Assembly: GCA_951406725.2 (NCBI GenBank)
Contig: OX597842.1
Coordinates: forward strand, 28,148,001 to 28,212,000
From: Octopus vulgaris
Taxonomy: Eukaryota
Reading direction: 5' to 3'
DNA: 64,000 bases
Position numbers and translations under genes: made by a program. This document shows, piece after piece, positions 39,113-52,094 of the stretch. The notes beneath the pieces are model-generated. The model saw nothing but the letters and a program-made list of their open reading frames with translations. It was not told where the DNA came from and did not search any database. How positions within the stretch are numbered: the first letter of the stretch is position 1; every line of letters begins with the position of its first letter.

Positions 39113-39262
39113 ATTTTAACCAATGAAATCCCAACATCTTCGAATTTAAACCAATGAAATCCCAACATCTTCGAATTTTAACCAATGAAATCCCAGCATC
39201 TTCGAATTTTAACCAATGAAATCCCAGCATCTTCCAATTTTAACCAATGAAATCCCAGCATT
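39113..39262. repeat. 31-bp tandem repeat x~5, each with a CCAAT box
   Basis: attttaaccaatgaaatccca(a/g)catcttcga repeated. Confidence 0.9.
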
Positions 39263-39313
39263 GCTGCGTGATCGATATTCATAAAGAAATATAGCAGACG
39301 CACGACACACACA

Positions 39314-39347
<34 letters not shown>

Positions 39348-39422
39348 CACATGTATATACATTTGCACAAGCACATAGTAATTAATATATAAGCGTACAC
39401 ACACATACAAACGACACACACA

Positions 39423-39496
<74 letters not shown>

Positions 39497-39679
39497 CAGT
39501 CCGCAGTGAAGATTGTTTTTGTGCTGAAAAGTTTGAAAATTTGCTGTTTTGGTCGTGGAGGCCACTTCTTTTCTGCTGTTCTTTCCCCCTTGTTTCAAGG
39601 GGGAAGTGACGAAAAGACATGAATTTGCAACCAGTCTCCTCCGAGTCGGAGGAAAACGTTGAAAATTTGTTTGAAGGCG

Positions 39680-41207
39680 ATGAAGGCGAAAATGCGGGAG
39701 GAAGAATGTAGAAGTAAAGAGACGTCTCACGCGAGCCTCACAAAAGCAGACCACAATATGTCTGGCGAAGTTAGTAAACGACAAGAAAAGGCAAAGATAA
39801 AGTTTGCGAGTGCAGCAACTCGCCCCTGTGAAAATATAGTCATCAACAAGGAAGAATTAAAGAAATACCAAGGACTACTAAAAAAAGAAGGTGATAATGT
39901 GAAGTTGTTCCCTCCCAGTGAATTGATTTACGCGACGGAGAGAAAAACTGTCATATACAAGACTTATAATGTCAAAAATAAGAAAATTGACTTCGTACAG
40001 AGAGAAGCCATAGAAAAATGTTTGAGGCCGATATGGCAACAAACTACATTTATAACAAGGGGTAGTCGCTTCGGCACGGTAGAGGTGCGTTTCCCTAGCG
40101 AAGAAATAGCTAGGGAACATTCAACAAGAACGTTGAAGTCGGAAGAGGTAGTTCTTTTACCATTTTATTTAGGAATGAGAACTAGTAGAATAACGGTTAC
40201 GGACATTCCGCCCGAAATCGAGGTGGATTTTATAACAGCAGCGATTCTCTTAGGCAAAGAGGAAGAAATTGCCATTCTTCAGTCTAAAAGATATCGCCCC
40301 ACAACCTGGTATGGACAGGACTTAGAGCTTGTGATCCAAGCGAACCCTCGGACTTGGAAAAATTGCCAAGCTCCCTCACCATTGGAGATACCACCTTGAT
40401 GGTAATAGTCGAGGGAAGAAAACCGAGATGCTATAAATGTGGCGAGAAAGGCCACATACGGTCGAGCTGCAAGAAGACAGCGAAAGAAAATACTACAGAG
40501 GCAAGCACGACGCCGAAAACAACTTCACCGCTAGAAATAGCAGCCACGTCGCGCACCCCAATTGCCGAAATTCAGCCGACAACGGGAGAAAACGATGACA
40601 ACAACATCAACAACATCCAGGAGTGGGTCAACGTGGAAGCTTCAAAAAGAAGACGGAAACGGAAAAATCCACCCTCTTCGGATACACAGGACTATACTCT
40701 GACACAGACAAGCACACCCACACCCACAAATACAGTCGCAAACACACACGTAGCCAAAAAAACACACACACTGGAAAAAGCACACACAAACACTCACACA
40801 CCTACCACAAGCACGCACACACCTACAAACACCCACGCTTCTACAAGCACACACACACACAGCCCCCTCCACAATCACCTAACAAAAAAAAAAGAAACAC
40901 CTTCACGGCGATAAATAAAAACAATAACCCATTAAGGGAAAAAATTAATTTACTGAAATCGGCGAAAAAATATATCGCAACAGATATAAATAGTATTATA
41001 TCCGAAAATGTAGAATTTTATACGATAGATAACGCGGAATATTTTGAAATTAAAAAATCTTTTGCGGAGGATGTAGGCCCGTTACAGATGAACTTTTCAA
41101 GCCATCTGTACAAGCAATTCGCAAAAAAACTGACCTCGCAAAACACAACACTCACAGACAGAAAAGATGAGGGTGAAACTACACCCTCTCTTCCGTTAAA
41201 ACAGTAA
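39680..41207 (+). CDS. Tx1/L1 ORF1 (gag-like), split by two apparent frameshifts
   Basis: Overlapping ORFs 39659..40399, 40354..40914 (CYKCGEKGHIRSSC) and 40623..41207. One shift is probably at the A-run near 40885. Confidence 0.75.
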
Positions 41208-41226
41208 GTTTTAAACATTCGACTAA

Positions 41227-44200
41227 ATTTTCACATTCTCGTTTAAACTCGGTTGTATAAATACTCGCGGCCTGGGGTCGTATTGGAAGCAAGGCTACCT
41301 CCTTAACGACCTTAGGTCGCATCGTTTGGATGTAGTGGTAATTACCGAATCCAGACTGAGTGGGCTGCAGGCTTTTTCGGCCCTTCTAAACGGCTACGAG
41401 AAATACATTTCTCCCTGTCGACCTGGAGGGGGAGGAGGAGTGGCAGTGCTGGTCAGGAAAAACCTGGATTTAGAGATTAGAACTGTCTTTATAGATCCGG
41501 AAGGCAGGTTGGTCGTTTTGGATGTGACGCACAGCAGTGGTAAAGTGTTCAGGCTGGTCGCTGTCTACGCTCCCTGCGCAGGAAAAGCCGGGCAGAAAGA
41601 GTATTTCAAAAGCCTAGAGAATTTTCTTGGCACGTCGAACACGTTAGTATTGCTAGGTGACTTCAACATAATTTGCGATGCAAGCGTAGATTATGTTGGC
41701 TCGAGAAAGAATACGAGGGGATTACCTCACCTCAACGATATGCTAAGTCGTTTCGAATTGGCAGATAGATTCAGACTGGACCATCCAGACACTCCAGAGT
41801 GGACCTGGGCAAGAAACGACGGGTCGTCCAGATCTTATATCGATAGAATCATAACTAGAAGGAAAGATAAGAAAATACTTAGCTGTCCACAACACCATAT
41901 CGTCAGCTACAGCGATCACAAATTAGTGACCTGTACGCTCGACATAGATAGCATGTGTAGACGAGGTACCGGTTACTGGAAGCTAAACAAGTCACTATTT
42001 GACTGTGAAGCCTACAGGAATCGGATTAAACAATTAGTAATGAGGGCGTTAACCGGATCCATTATCAACAATAAATGGTGGTACGCCCTGAAAAGAGCCA
42101 TCAAATTTGAGTCAATTAGGTTTAGCAAAGAACTAGCTAGTGCTAGAAACAAAGTAGAAAAGGAACTAGTTAAGGCAATAGAGGAGGCAATGAGGTCAGG
42201 CAGTGCATCGAAAGTGTTAGCGGCGAGGTTAGCACTAGACCAACATCTCCAAGCTAAACATGAAGGGTGCATTGTCAGGGCTAAGATCCGTGCAATGAGA
42301 CAGGAAGGGATCAACGCAGCCGGATGGGCCCGGGTGGTAGAGGGCCAGCGTGGCAACAGCTCAACCATTCGATCCTTGACGGGCCCAAATGGTCGATTAG
42401 TAAACGAACCCGAGGAGATGTGCAAGGTGTTTCATGATCATTTCGCCCAGCTATTCGGGAGGAGCGGCGAGCTGGAGCGCGGGGAGAAGCTCGCAGACTT
42501 CCTAGCCGGTTCGCCGCGTCTATCGAGGCCGGACGCGGAATCTTGTGAGGCGCCGATCACAGCCAAAGAAGTCGAGGATATGTTGGCAGAATGCGGCGGG
42601 GACAAATCGCCGGGACTCGATGGTCTGCCTTACGAACTCTATAGTAGCATGCCAGACTTGTTTGGGCACCTACTTGCATGCGTGTACACCAACTGGCAGC
42701 AGAACGGGAGAATTCCTAAGTCTGTGAGCCGAGGGGTGGTAGCGTTGTTAAGAAAGGACCCAAACAAGGGGGATTTAATTGATAATTTCCGGCCTATCAC
42801 TCTGCTTAACGCAGAGTTGAAGATCTTGGCCAAGGTCTTAGCAAAAAGGTTGGCGAGGGTCGTGGGTGAACTTGTTGGCGAGGCGCAAACTTGCGCCATC
42901 CCTGGAAGGACCATCCAAGACAATCTCCACTTTCTACGCTATGCCTTAGAAAGGGTAAATAGGATTCCTGGCAAGGGTGGGGCTATGGTCCACTTGGACC
43001 AATCGAAAGCGTTTGATAGGGTGGACCATCAGTATCTGGCGGCGGTCCTCGCGGCGGCTGGCTTCGGCCCGACCTTCCGCGGATGGATCTTCGCTTTATA
43101 CAGCAACATCGAATCGGTAGTTCGGGTAAATGGTTTCCTTTCGGAACCGTTCAGCATTGAACGTTCGGTACGTCAAGGGTGTCCTCTCTCCCCGCTTCTC
43201 TACGTTTTGGCCCTCGAGCCGTTGCTGAGGAGGTTGGAAACTATGAGAGGCACCCCGCAAGATCTAGGGTGCGGAAAGTCAGCTTCGGCGTATGCGGACG
43301 ACATCACCGTCATCGTTTCCCGAGTCGAGCACCTACAGTGGGTGGGTGAGGCCTTAAGGGACTACGAAGCGGTGGCAGGAGCGAAAGTCAACCGGGATAA
43401 ATCGGTCGGCTTGCAACTCGGCACCTGGAGGGGCAAGTCGATGTCTTCCGACAGCGTCGTAGGACGTTGGACGGAAGGACCGGTGAAAATGCTTGGGATC
43501 TGGTTAGGTCCAGATCTCCAGATAGAGAAGAATTGGAGCGAGGTGGCGAGAAAGGTGGCTCTCCTAACTCAGACATGGTCTGAACGGAATCTGTCCTTGA
43601 AAGGGAAGGCGGAGGTTGCAGAAGTGTTTATCGCCTCTGTAATCACTTACCGCCTAACCGTAGTGCCTTGCCCCGATTCGTGGCTGAACAAACTGGAACG
43701 CATGCTCTTTCGCTTTTTGTGGAGGGGCAGCAGACCTCTTGTAAGGCGCTCTATTTGCTGCCAAAAGCCGCTGAACGGTGGGTTAGGGATGCCGTGGCTA
43801 AAAATGCGCAGACATGCGCTCAGGCTAAGGCACCTCTGGATTTACCTGGACGGTGAGCAGGTGTGGTCTCCGTTTGTCAAGCTGTTATTTCCACAGTTCA
43901 CATCGTTTAACGAACTGAACCCATGGATCAAGTGTAGACCGAGGTTGGGCATGTGGCATGCAGAGTGCTATCAGGCACTCGTGCTTCTCTCCCAGTCGGG
44001 CAACGCCGGTGGCGGGGCTACTACCGCGTTCTTCTATAGAGGGTTAGTAGAGTTTAAGTGTGACGACGTCCTAGGAGAAACTCTGGGCTTCGACGAAAAT
44101 CAACTGGCCAGCCTGTTCCAAAGAACATTCGGTCCGGGGCCTATGGATAATTACCAAAAGTCCCTGGCCTGGCAATGTTACAGAGGAGCTTTACCGGTTC

Positions 44201-44643
44201 GAGATAAGCTCTTTAGACATGGGTGTGCACCTTCGCCGGTTTGTGCAAGATGTAAGAGGGACAGTGAAACTGTCCTGCACGCGATTGTGCAATGCCCCAA
44301 GGTGACTGAACTCTGGACTTATGTCGAACACCTGCTGTCGCATTCGAGAAGAGTACAACTGTCGAGCGAATCTGTAATTAAGATAGTTCCGCCGACCTTC
44401 CTGAATAGGGAGGAGCGAGCCTGTTTTCTCTCGGTAGTTGCTATGGCGAAAGAAGTAGTGTGGAAGACGAGAGTAAAAGGAATTGCAACAGGCATGTTTA
44501 TCTCCAGTCTCGAGCTAATCGACTTTTTCGTTTTCCACATGAAACGGAAAATAAGGCTGGAGAAGAAATGCCTGTCGCAAAGTGTGTTTCGTAAAAGATG
44601 GAAGTCTACAGCAAGTATGTTGCGAGTGAAAGAACCTGTTTAA
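41227..44643 (+). CDS. Tx1/L1 ORF2: APE endonuclease, RT, C-terminal zinc finger; intact, no initiating ATG
   Basis: Open from the stop at 41224. Motifs CINTRGL, ITESR, GDFN, SYIDRI, SDH, YWKLN, KSPGLDG, DQSKAFDRV, RQGCPLSP, YADD, CARC...HAIVQC. Confidence 0.95.
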   Translation: MFTFSFKLGCINTRGLGSYWKQGYLLNDLRSHRLDVVVITESRLSGLQAFSALLNGYEKYISPCRPGGGGGVAVLVRKNLDLEIRTVFIDPEGRLVVLDVTHSSGKVFRLVAVYAPCAGKAGQKEYFKSLENFLGTSNTLVLLGDFNIICDASVDYVGSRKNTRGLPHLNDMLSRFELADRFRLDHPDTPEWTWARNDGSSRSYIDRIITRRKDKKILSCPQHHIVSYSDHKLVTCTLDIDSMCRRGTGYWKLNKSLFDCEAYRNRIKQLVMRALTGSIINNKWWYALKRAIKFESIRFSKELASARNKVEKELVKAIEEAMRSGSASKVLAARLALDQHLQAKHEGCIVRAKIRAMRQEGINAAGWARVVEGQRGNSSTIRSLTGPNGRLVNEPEEMCKVFHDHFAQLFGRSGELERGEKLADFLAGSPRLSRPDAESCEAPITAKEVEDMLAECGGDKSPGLDGLPYELYSSMPDLFGHLLACVYTNWQQNGRIPKSVSRGVVALLRKDPNKGDLIDNFRPITLLNAELKILAKVLAKRLARVVGELVGEAQTCAIPGRTIQDNLHFLRYALERVNRIPGKGGAMVHLDQSKAFDRVDHQYLAAVLAAAGFGPTFRGWIFALYSNIESVVRVNGFLSEPFSIERSVRQGCPLSPLLYVLALEPLLRRLETMRGTPQDLGCGKSASAYADDITVIVSRVEHLQWVGEALRDYEAVAGAKVNRDKSVGLQLGTWRGKSMSSDSVVGRWTEGPVKMLGIWLGPDLQIEKNWSEVARKVALLTQTWSERNLSLKGKAEVAEVFIASVITYRLTVVPCPDSWLNKLERMLFRFLWRGSRPLVRRSICCQKPLNGGLGMPWLKMRRHALRLRHLWIYLDGEQVWSPFVKLLFPQFTSFNELNPWIKCRPRLGMWHAECYQALVLLSQSGNAGGGATTAFFYRGLVEFKCDDVLGETLGFDENQLASLFQRTFGPGPMDNYQKSLAWQCYRGALPVRDKLFRHGCAPSPVCARCKRDSETVLHAIVQCPKVTELWTYVEHLLSHSRRVQLSSESVIKIVPPTFLNREERACFLSVVAMAKEVVWKTRVKGIATGMFISSLELIDFFVFHMKRKIRLEKKCLSQSVFRKRWKSTASMLRVKEPV

Positions 44644-47075
44644 TCGAGAATGTGAAAAAGGAGAAAGCAAAGTCTTCAGTGTGAGGATGTGGTTTGTGGG
44701 GTCAACCGCGTCCTCCGCTTCATTTTTTTGTTAATCACTCATTCTCATTTAATTGTATATATATTAATTGTTTGTTTATTCATACGTTTCGTCTCATTCG
44801 ATACCCTGACCCCAACGTTTGTTTTGTCCCCTCTTTTTCTCAACCTTATGGTGAATAAAGAAATACTCTCTCTCACCCATTCTCCTTATGCTCTCTCTCT
44901 CTCACCCTTTTTCCTCCTCACACTGTATTTTTCTATCAGTATTTCCCCTTCTCCCATCCTCCCTTTTATTCTCTCACCCTATCTCTCTCTCTGTATTTTC
45001 CCCCTCTCTCATTCTCTCACTTATTCTTTTACCCCCTCTCTCTTTCTGTATTTTCCTGTCTCTTATTCTTTTACCCCCTCTCTCTCTCTGTATTTTCCTC
45101 TCTCTCATCCTCCCTCTTATTCTCTCTCACCATCTCTCTCTCCCATTCTCCTTATTCTCTCTCACCCTCTCTCCCTCTGACACTGTATTTTTCTCTCTCC
45201 CCGTCTTGGGTGGGCGACACGGGTGGAACGGAGGTTTTTGGAAATTTTGTTTTTCTAATTTTCGCTTTTAAAATGCGTCCTTCCTTTCTCTTTGATTTCC
45301 AAATAAGCTTTTTTAAATACTTCGAAATCAAAACTGGGCGCAGCCGTACCTTAAATAAGCAGTCTATTCACCTGCTAGAAATAGCAGCCAAATCTCACAC
45401 AAACTCTTTTTCGCACATTTTTTTCTATTTGTAAATTTTTATTTTTTCCATAATCGATTCATAGAATCCGATTATATCGCATTATTATTTCTATTCGTAG
45501 GGGTTGTGATGAGTTTCCACAAAAATCCCAAACTGGTCGGATTTGTTTCTTGGCGATAAAATTTCAGAGAAATTTCCCGCGCTAACCCCCCCCCCCAAAA
45601 AAAAACAGGTATTATATATACTGTGTGGCAAAAAGGGAAAATAAAGGGTTCGTTTTATTTATAGACGACATTGATTGGTTGAAATTGCAGAAATTGAAGA
45701 AAAAAAACAACAAATATCTTACAAACTATAGAATTTTCTCAAGAAAACCAAGAGAAAAAGATGTTTTATAAACACATTCTACCAGTATATGAAGTTTAAA
45801 AGTGTTTAAGTTACGTGGAAATTATTTTAAAAAACTGCCGTTCAAACGGAAAAGATCCCCATCTAGCCCTGTCATATTGTGTATGTTATGCTGAATCTCC
45901 CTGTGAACTACATTAAGGGTATGTGTGCCTGTGGAGTACTCAGCCACTTGTGCATTAATTTCACGAGCAGGCTGTTCCATCGATCATATCAAAAGAAACA
46001 AATGTTGTCATAACCGGCCGAGTGCTCCTAATGTGCTTTTGTCTGACCCATGCAAGCATGGAAAAAGAGATTTTAAAACGATGATGATGATTAGAAAAAT
46101 AACCCTGAAATATTTCCTCAGGAAAATATTTCCCACACAAGTTTCGATGTTAAGCGAGAAGGGTGGAGCAAACCAAACGACATTTCTGCGGCGCTTCCTT
46201 TCCTGGTGTCAGGGCCTGGCATGTAGGAGAGGCAGTCCTTAAATCCACTCCATGCCAGTGCCTCGTTGTAGAAGGGGCAGCAGCGTCAAAGATATCTTGG
46301 TTCGAGGACAGATTCGAGATCCTCTTGCTTACACCTCTCACTAGGTTCTTGAAAAATATAGGGCTGGTGCCAGTTCTAATGCAAGACATTCTCTGGTTTG
46401 GCTTGTGATAAAGCTTGTGTCTACCAGAGCACAGATCGAAAGTAACATGGAAGAAAGTTACTGTGAGGAGTTTAGTCTTGTGTTGAGGTCCAGAAGGCAA
46501 GTTGCTGAAATGGGAAACTAACGAATTGTGGTTCTAATCGTTCTGCACATTTATCAGTGTGATAACTGAGGTATATTCGGCGATATTGTGGGGAGGAAAT
46601 TTGTTGTTTGTGGACCATACAGCTCTTTTGGATTAAAATTCCTCTCGAATCAATTTAGTTTCGAAGGCAGCCCAAGCATCTGATTATGTAAATGAGGTTT
46701 TGGGGTGTGCAAGGGACGTTGGATTTGATTTTGAATATTTGCCCTTGTCTGAAATGGAATTTCGATCCTTCTAAAAGATTTTCTGCAAATAGGTGAACCA
46801 CACTTTACAACTCTTGCATCTGTTGTTCTGGGGAATAGTTTGGCATCGGTGAGAATCTTCAACAAGTAAGATTGAATAAAGAAGACTCATATACCCCCAA
46901 ATACAGACCAAATAAATAAATATGAACCCATATTAAAAATAAAGGACTTACCCCATCTAATGTAGGGCATAAGCCAGAAAAAAAAAAATAGAGAGAACAA
47001 ATAAAAATTTACAGATTTACCTCCCCTTAACTGTAAAATATATGAATGAACAATTATCTCCACTTGCCGTATATA

Positions 47076-47650
47076 TTTTTTTCAACTCTCAGTTTGATAA
47101 GCAACTCGAAACCGGTCCTTCAATTATTTTGAAAGGACAAAACCTTATTTTGTACAAAATTATATATCTTTTTTTCAACTCTCAGTTTGATAAGCAACTC
47201 GAAACCGGTCCTTCAATTATTTTGAAAGGACAAAACCTTATTTTGTACAAAATTATATATCTTTTTTTTCAACTCTCAGTTTGATAAGCAACTCGAAACC
47301 GGTCCTTCAATTATTTTGAAAGGACAAAACCTTATTTTGTACAAAATTATAAATCTTTTTTTTTCAACTCTCAGTTTGATAAACAACTCGAAACCGGTCC
47401 TTCAATTATTTTGAAAGGACAAAACCTTATTTTGTACAAAATTATATATCTTTTTTTTTCAACTCTCAGTTTGATAAGCAACTCGAAACCGGTCCTTCAA
47501 TTATTTTGAAAGGACAAAACCTTATTTTGTACAAAATTATATATCTTTTTCTTTCAACTCTCAGTTTGATAAGCAACTCGAAACCGGTCCTTCAATTATT
47601 TTGAAAGGACAAAACCTTATTTTGTACAAAATTATATATCTTTTTTTTTT
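47076..47650 (+). repeat. ~95-bp hammerhead-like tandem repeat x6
   Basis: Same unit as 11566-11860, six copies. Confidence 0.92.
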
Positions 47651-47763
47651 CCATGACTCCAATATACCCCTAAATCCTGTGAAACAAATCTTCTGATTTT
47701 TTCATCATTTCTCTTTTTATATATATCCACCATGTGTTTCTCCACTAAAATATCTTCTACTCC

Positions 47764-47796
<33 letters not shown>

Positions 47797-47815
47797 TACA
47801 TAAATATATATGTGT

Positions 47816-47868
<53 letters not shown>

Positions 47869-47982
47869 ATATATATATATACATACATACATATATACAC
47901 ACATATATATACATATATATATACATACATATGTATGTATATATATACATACATATATATATACGTACATATATATATACAT

Positions 47983-48015
<33 letters not shown>

Positions 48016-48635
48016 CATACATACATACATATATATATACACATATGCATATATATATATATATATACACATACATACATACATACATACACATATATAT
48101 ATACTTTATTTAAAGCATATTACTCTACCACTGGTATTTGAGTACTCTTTTTTCCACCTTGTTTCACATTTATGTGTTTACTCCGGTATATATATATATA
48201 CACACATACATATATATATATATACATACATACATATATATATTAAACTGTTAAGAGTAGATATTAGACCTTGATCTTAGCCATAAGACTGAGAAGCAAT
48301 ATCTATGTGTGTGTGTGTGTGTGTGTTTCCATGCTTGTCTCCCTTAACTGCTTGACAACCAATGTTAGTATGTTTACATCCCCATGACTTAGTAATAATA
48401 CTGATTATTCATTTTTATACTTTTTATGATCTAGTTATATGTTTTAAAAAAATACATTTTATTTTATATTTATGATTTGGTTTATGTCTATCATTGTTTG
48501 AATTGCATAATAGTGGTTTTATCTCGAATTTATAGATATTATATATTTATATTGTAAAATTTGATTTAATACTAAATTGAATTTTCCCCTGTAAGTTTGG
48601 AGTTATACTCCCTAATATTATTATTGTATATATAT

Positions 48636-50180
48636 ATCATCATCATCATCATCATCGTTTAACGTCTGCTTTTCATGCTAGCATGGGTTGGACGATTTGA
48701 CTGAGGTCTGGCGAATCAGACTCCAATATGATCTGGCAGAGTTTCTACAGCTTGATGCCTTTCCTAATGCCAACCACTCCGAGAGTGTAGTGGGTGCTTT
48801 TACGTGCCACCGGCATGGGGGCCAGTTTGGTGGTACTGGCAACGGCCACACTCAAATGGTGCTTTTTATGTGCCACCTGCACAGGAGCCAGTCCAGTGGC
48901 ACTGGCAACGATCTCACTCGAATGTTTTTTTCATGTGCCACCAGCACAAGTGCCAGTAAGGCGACGCAGGTGACGACCACACTCGAATGGTGTTTTTAAC
49001 TTACCATCGGCACGAAGGCCAGCTTGTTGCTCTGGCAACGATCTCCCTCGTATGGTACTCTTAGCGCTCCACTAGCAACGGATACCAGTCACCAAGTTTG
49101 ATTTCGACTTCAATTTCACTTGCCTCAACTGGTCTTCACAAGCAGAGTTTAGTGTCCAATGAAGAAAAGGCAAACATAAGTGGACTGGTTACCCCCTAGC
49201 ATAGGCCACAAGGTTATGGTCACACTTGCGCTTGCCGAGTCTTCTGCAGCACAGCATATTTCCAGAGGTCCCGGTCATTAGTAATTGCCTCAGTGAGGCC
49301 CAATGTTCTAAGGTCATACTTCACCACTTCATCCCAGGCCTTAATAGGTCTACCTCTTCCACAGCTTCCCTCAACTGCTATGGTGTAGCAGTTTTTCACA
49401 CAACTATCTTCATCAATTCTTGACACATGACCATACCAGTGCAAACGTTTCTCTTGCACACCACAACTGATGCTTCTTAGGTCCAACATTTCTCTCAAGG
49501 TACTTACACTCTGTCGGGTATGAACACTGACATTACACATCCATTGGAGCATACTGGCTTCATTTCTTGTGAGCTTACGCATATCCTCAGCAGTCACGGC
49601 CCAAGTTTCACTGCCATGTAGCATGGCTGTTTGTACACATGCGTCATACAGTCTGCCTTTTACTCTGAACGAGAGGCCCTTTATCGCCAGCAGAGGTAAG
49701 AGCTCCCTAAACTTTGCCCAGGCTATTCTTATTCTAGCAGCTACACTTTCAGCACACCAACCCCGGCTACTGTCTTGGTCACCTAGGTAACGGAAGCTAT
49801 CAACTACTTCTAGTTTTTCTCCCTGGAATGTGGTGGAAGTTGGTCTCTGCGCATTTTCAGTGTTTATTGCTCCTGAGCATCTGCCACATACAGAAATTAT
49901 CTTCCTAGTTAGCCTTCCTTTGACATTGCTGCACCTCTTATGTGTCCATAGCTTACACTTGGTGCATCTTATAGAGTTTCTACCTACGCCTTTTCTACAG
50001 ATTGAGGAGGGCCGTCTACCTGAAGGTGTTTGTGATTTGTCTACCTTCCTACTTATTAGGACTTCAGTTTTAGCTAGGTTGATTCTAAGGCCCCTTCGAT
50101 TCTAATCCTTGTTTCCACACCTGAAACTTCTCCTCCAGTTCTGATAGTGACTCAACAATTAGAGCAAGGTCATCAGCAAT
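48636..50180 (-). mobile_element. 5'-truncated RTE LINE (duplicate of 13598-15140)
   Basis: Same boundaries and flanks as the unit A copy. Confidence 0.92.
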
Positions 50181-50559
50181 ATACATACATATACACAACT
50201 GTATACCCATATATATACATATATAAATACATATATGCAATTGTCAGATTTACAATTATTCCAACACATCTTCAGGTTCTATTTGAAAATATTATATATC
50301 TAATTTTACATCCCTTTAAAAATACGCAATACAATTAAGCATTAAAGATTAAAAATTAAGAAGAAAAATGATACTTTGAAATATTAAGAATTAAAATTTA
50401 TTAATTATACATTATAAATATGAATTAGTATATATACATCAATCATGTAAAATCAAGTATATGAGAAATACAGAATGTGAGATATAAGATTAAACATCAG
50501 AATAAAAATGTGTGTTTAAATGTGATATATAACAAGAAAAATTCAAATACACACATTGA

Positions 50560-50996
50560 AACTCCGACGTCTGGCAGCTGACTTGGCAGACACCCCTAAA
50601 ATTATTAACCATCTTACAAACAATAACTCTGAGCACCTTTTCAAACTCCACCTGTGGACATGTTTACAAAGTCAGAAAACAGCACAGCTCCCATGACTTT
50701 AGGAAACATTTTTTCATGCTGAGAGTTGCTGAAGCATGGAACAAACTGCTGGCATCAGTTGTTAGTTGTCGGAGCACTGCATCCTTCAAAACTTCCATGC
50801 TTTCTGAGATTTGCCAACACTACACCTGATTTTCTCCCCTCCATACACACATAAGCATGTATCTGACTCATACATTATTCGCTTTCCAGACATTTGTACA
50901 TTACTGCATATACTTTATATGCACTGTCTGACAAGTTGTGGTGCACCTGAGCACTGTATACAATAATTTCATTATTATTATTATTATTATTATTAT
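50560..50996 (+). mobile_element. CR1-like LINE 3' end (duplicate)
   Basis: Paralogous to 15525-15922. Confidence 0.8.
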
Positions 50997-51064
50997 ATGA
51001 GGATTTGGTACAAGTAGTGAAGTTGACAACCAATCTAAGACTTTTTACAAAAGATCATTCTGAT

Positions 51065-51850
51065 GAAAGAGAGATGTAGGAAATAGTGACATTTCTGTCG
51101 AACAAAGTCTAGGTGCATTCAAAATCAACCTCACTTACAACCTTTGTCTTTAATTCCAACTGATTTTGTATAGGCTGACCTTGCAAATAACTTCACAGAC
51201 CCCGTGAGGCTTGCAAACAGACCCATTATTACTCCAACAAATGAAATATCACAATTTGTGAATGAATTCATGTTGACCAGGATCCCTGGCGAGGTAAAGA
51301 TATACAGAAAGCTCAGATACAGTTGATAACGAAGCTCTGTACCTAATCAAATTCATCAACAAACTCCTACCATCAGAGTTTCCATGGACATATCCTCACC
51401 TCAAAGACAAGAGGCTGCATTAGGTTTTCGAAGAATTTAGATGTTAAACAAGGCCATTGCAATGACACAGGCTACGTTATTATCTGCTTGCACGATCTTA
51501 TTATTGTGGCTGAGGTTGCTTGTGGTCCTTCTGCAGGATCAATGCTGGTAATCTCAAGGATTCCGCATGGGTCTCAATGACTGGAGTTCCCATTCACAGT
51601 TACCACATAAACAATTTCCTGTGGAACCAGTCTCTGCCTTGACATGCAGCAAGGCACAGGGACAGACATTTAAACCAAGCAGAATATATCTTCCAACGCA
51701 ATTCTTCTCCCGTGGTCAGCTGTAAGTTTCCTTTTCTAGATTTTGGATGAAGGCTAATGTAAAAATATTGGCTGAGACAAATAGAAACTGTATATTGACT
51801 GACAATTGTGTCCACAAGGAGGTTCTACTTGAAAACAAAATGTGCATTTT
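51065..51850 (+). mobile_element. Helitron PIF1-like helicase fragment (duplicate)
   Basis: Paralogous to 15990-16780. Confidence 0.85.
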
Positions 51851-52094
51851 AAGTAAGTTTCACAAAATGGAATTTACAACTTTCGTTTTTTGAAAAATTC
51901 CACAGGATATTTAAACTGTCTATATAACAATGGAAGTGTTTAGGGAGATGCTGGGACTTACAACAACAACAACAACAAATGAAATTTGAAAGTTTGTCTT
52001 TATTTCCACAGTTTATCTAGAACAATGAGGGAACCAAACCAGTAAAGGGGTCTACAGGTGGTAGAGAGATCTGCTAGAATTAGTAACCAAATCC

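Larger units (their letters stand above)
39493..44864 (+). mobile_element. Full-length Tx1/L1-clade non-LTR retrotransposon flanked by (CT)n
   Basis: Begins right after a long (CT)n run. Has ORF1 with a CCHC knuckle, ORF2 APE-RT-zf, and a 3' AATAAA followed by ctctctctc. Confidence 0.93.

Noticed and set aside
47076-47650. Regular repeat array resembling CRISPR
   Set aside because: Units are identical end to end with no unique spacers, there are no cas genes, and the context is eukaryotic.
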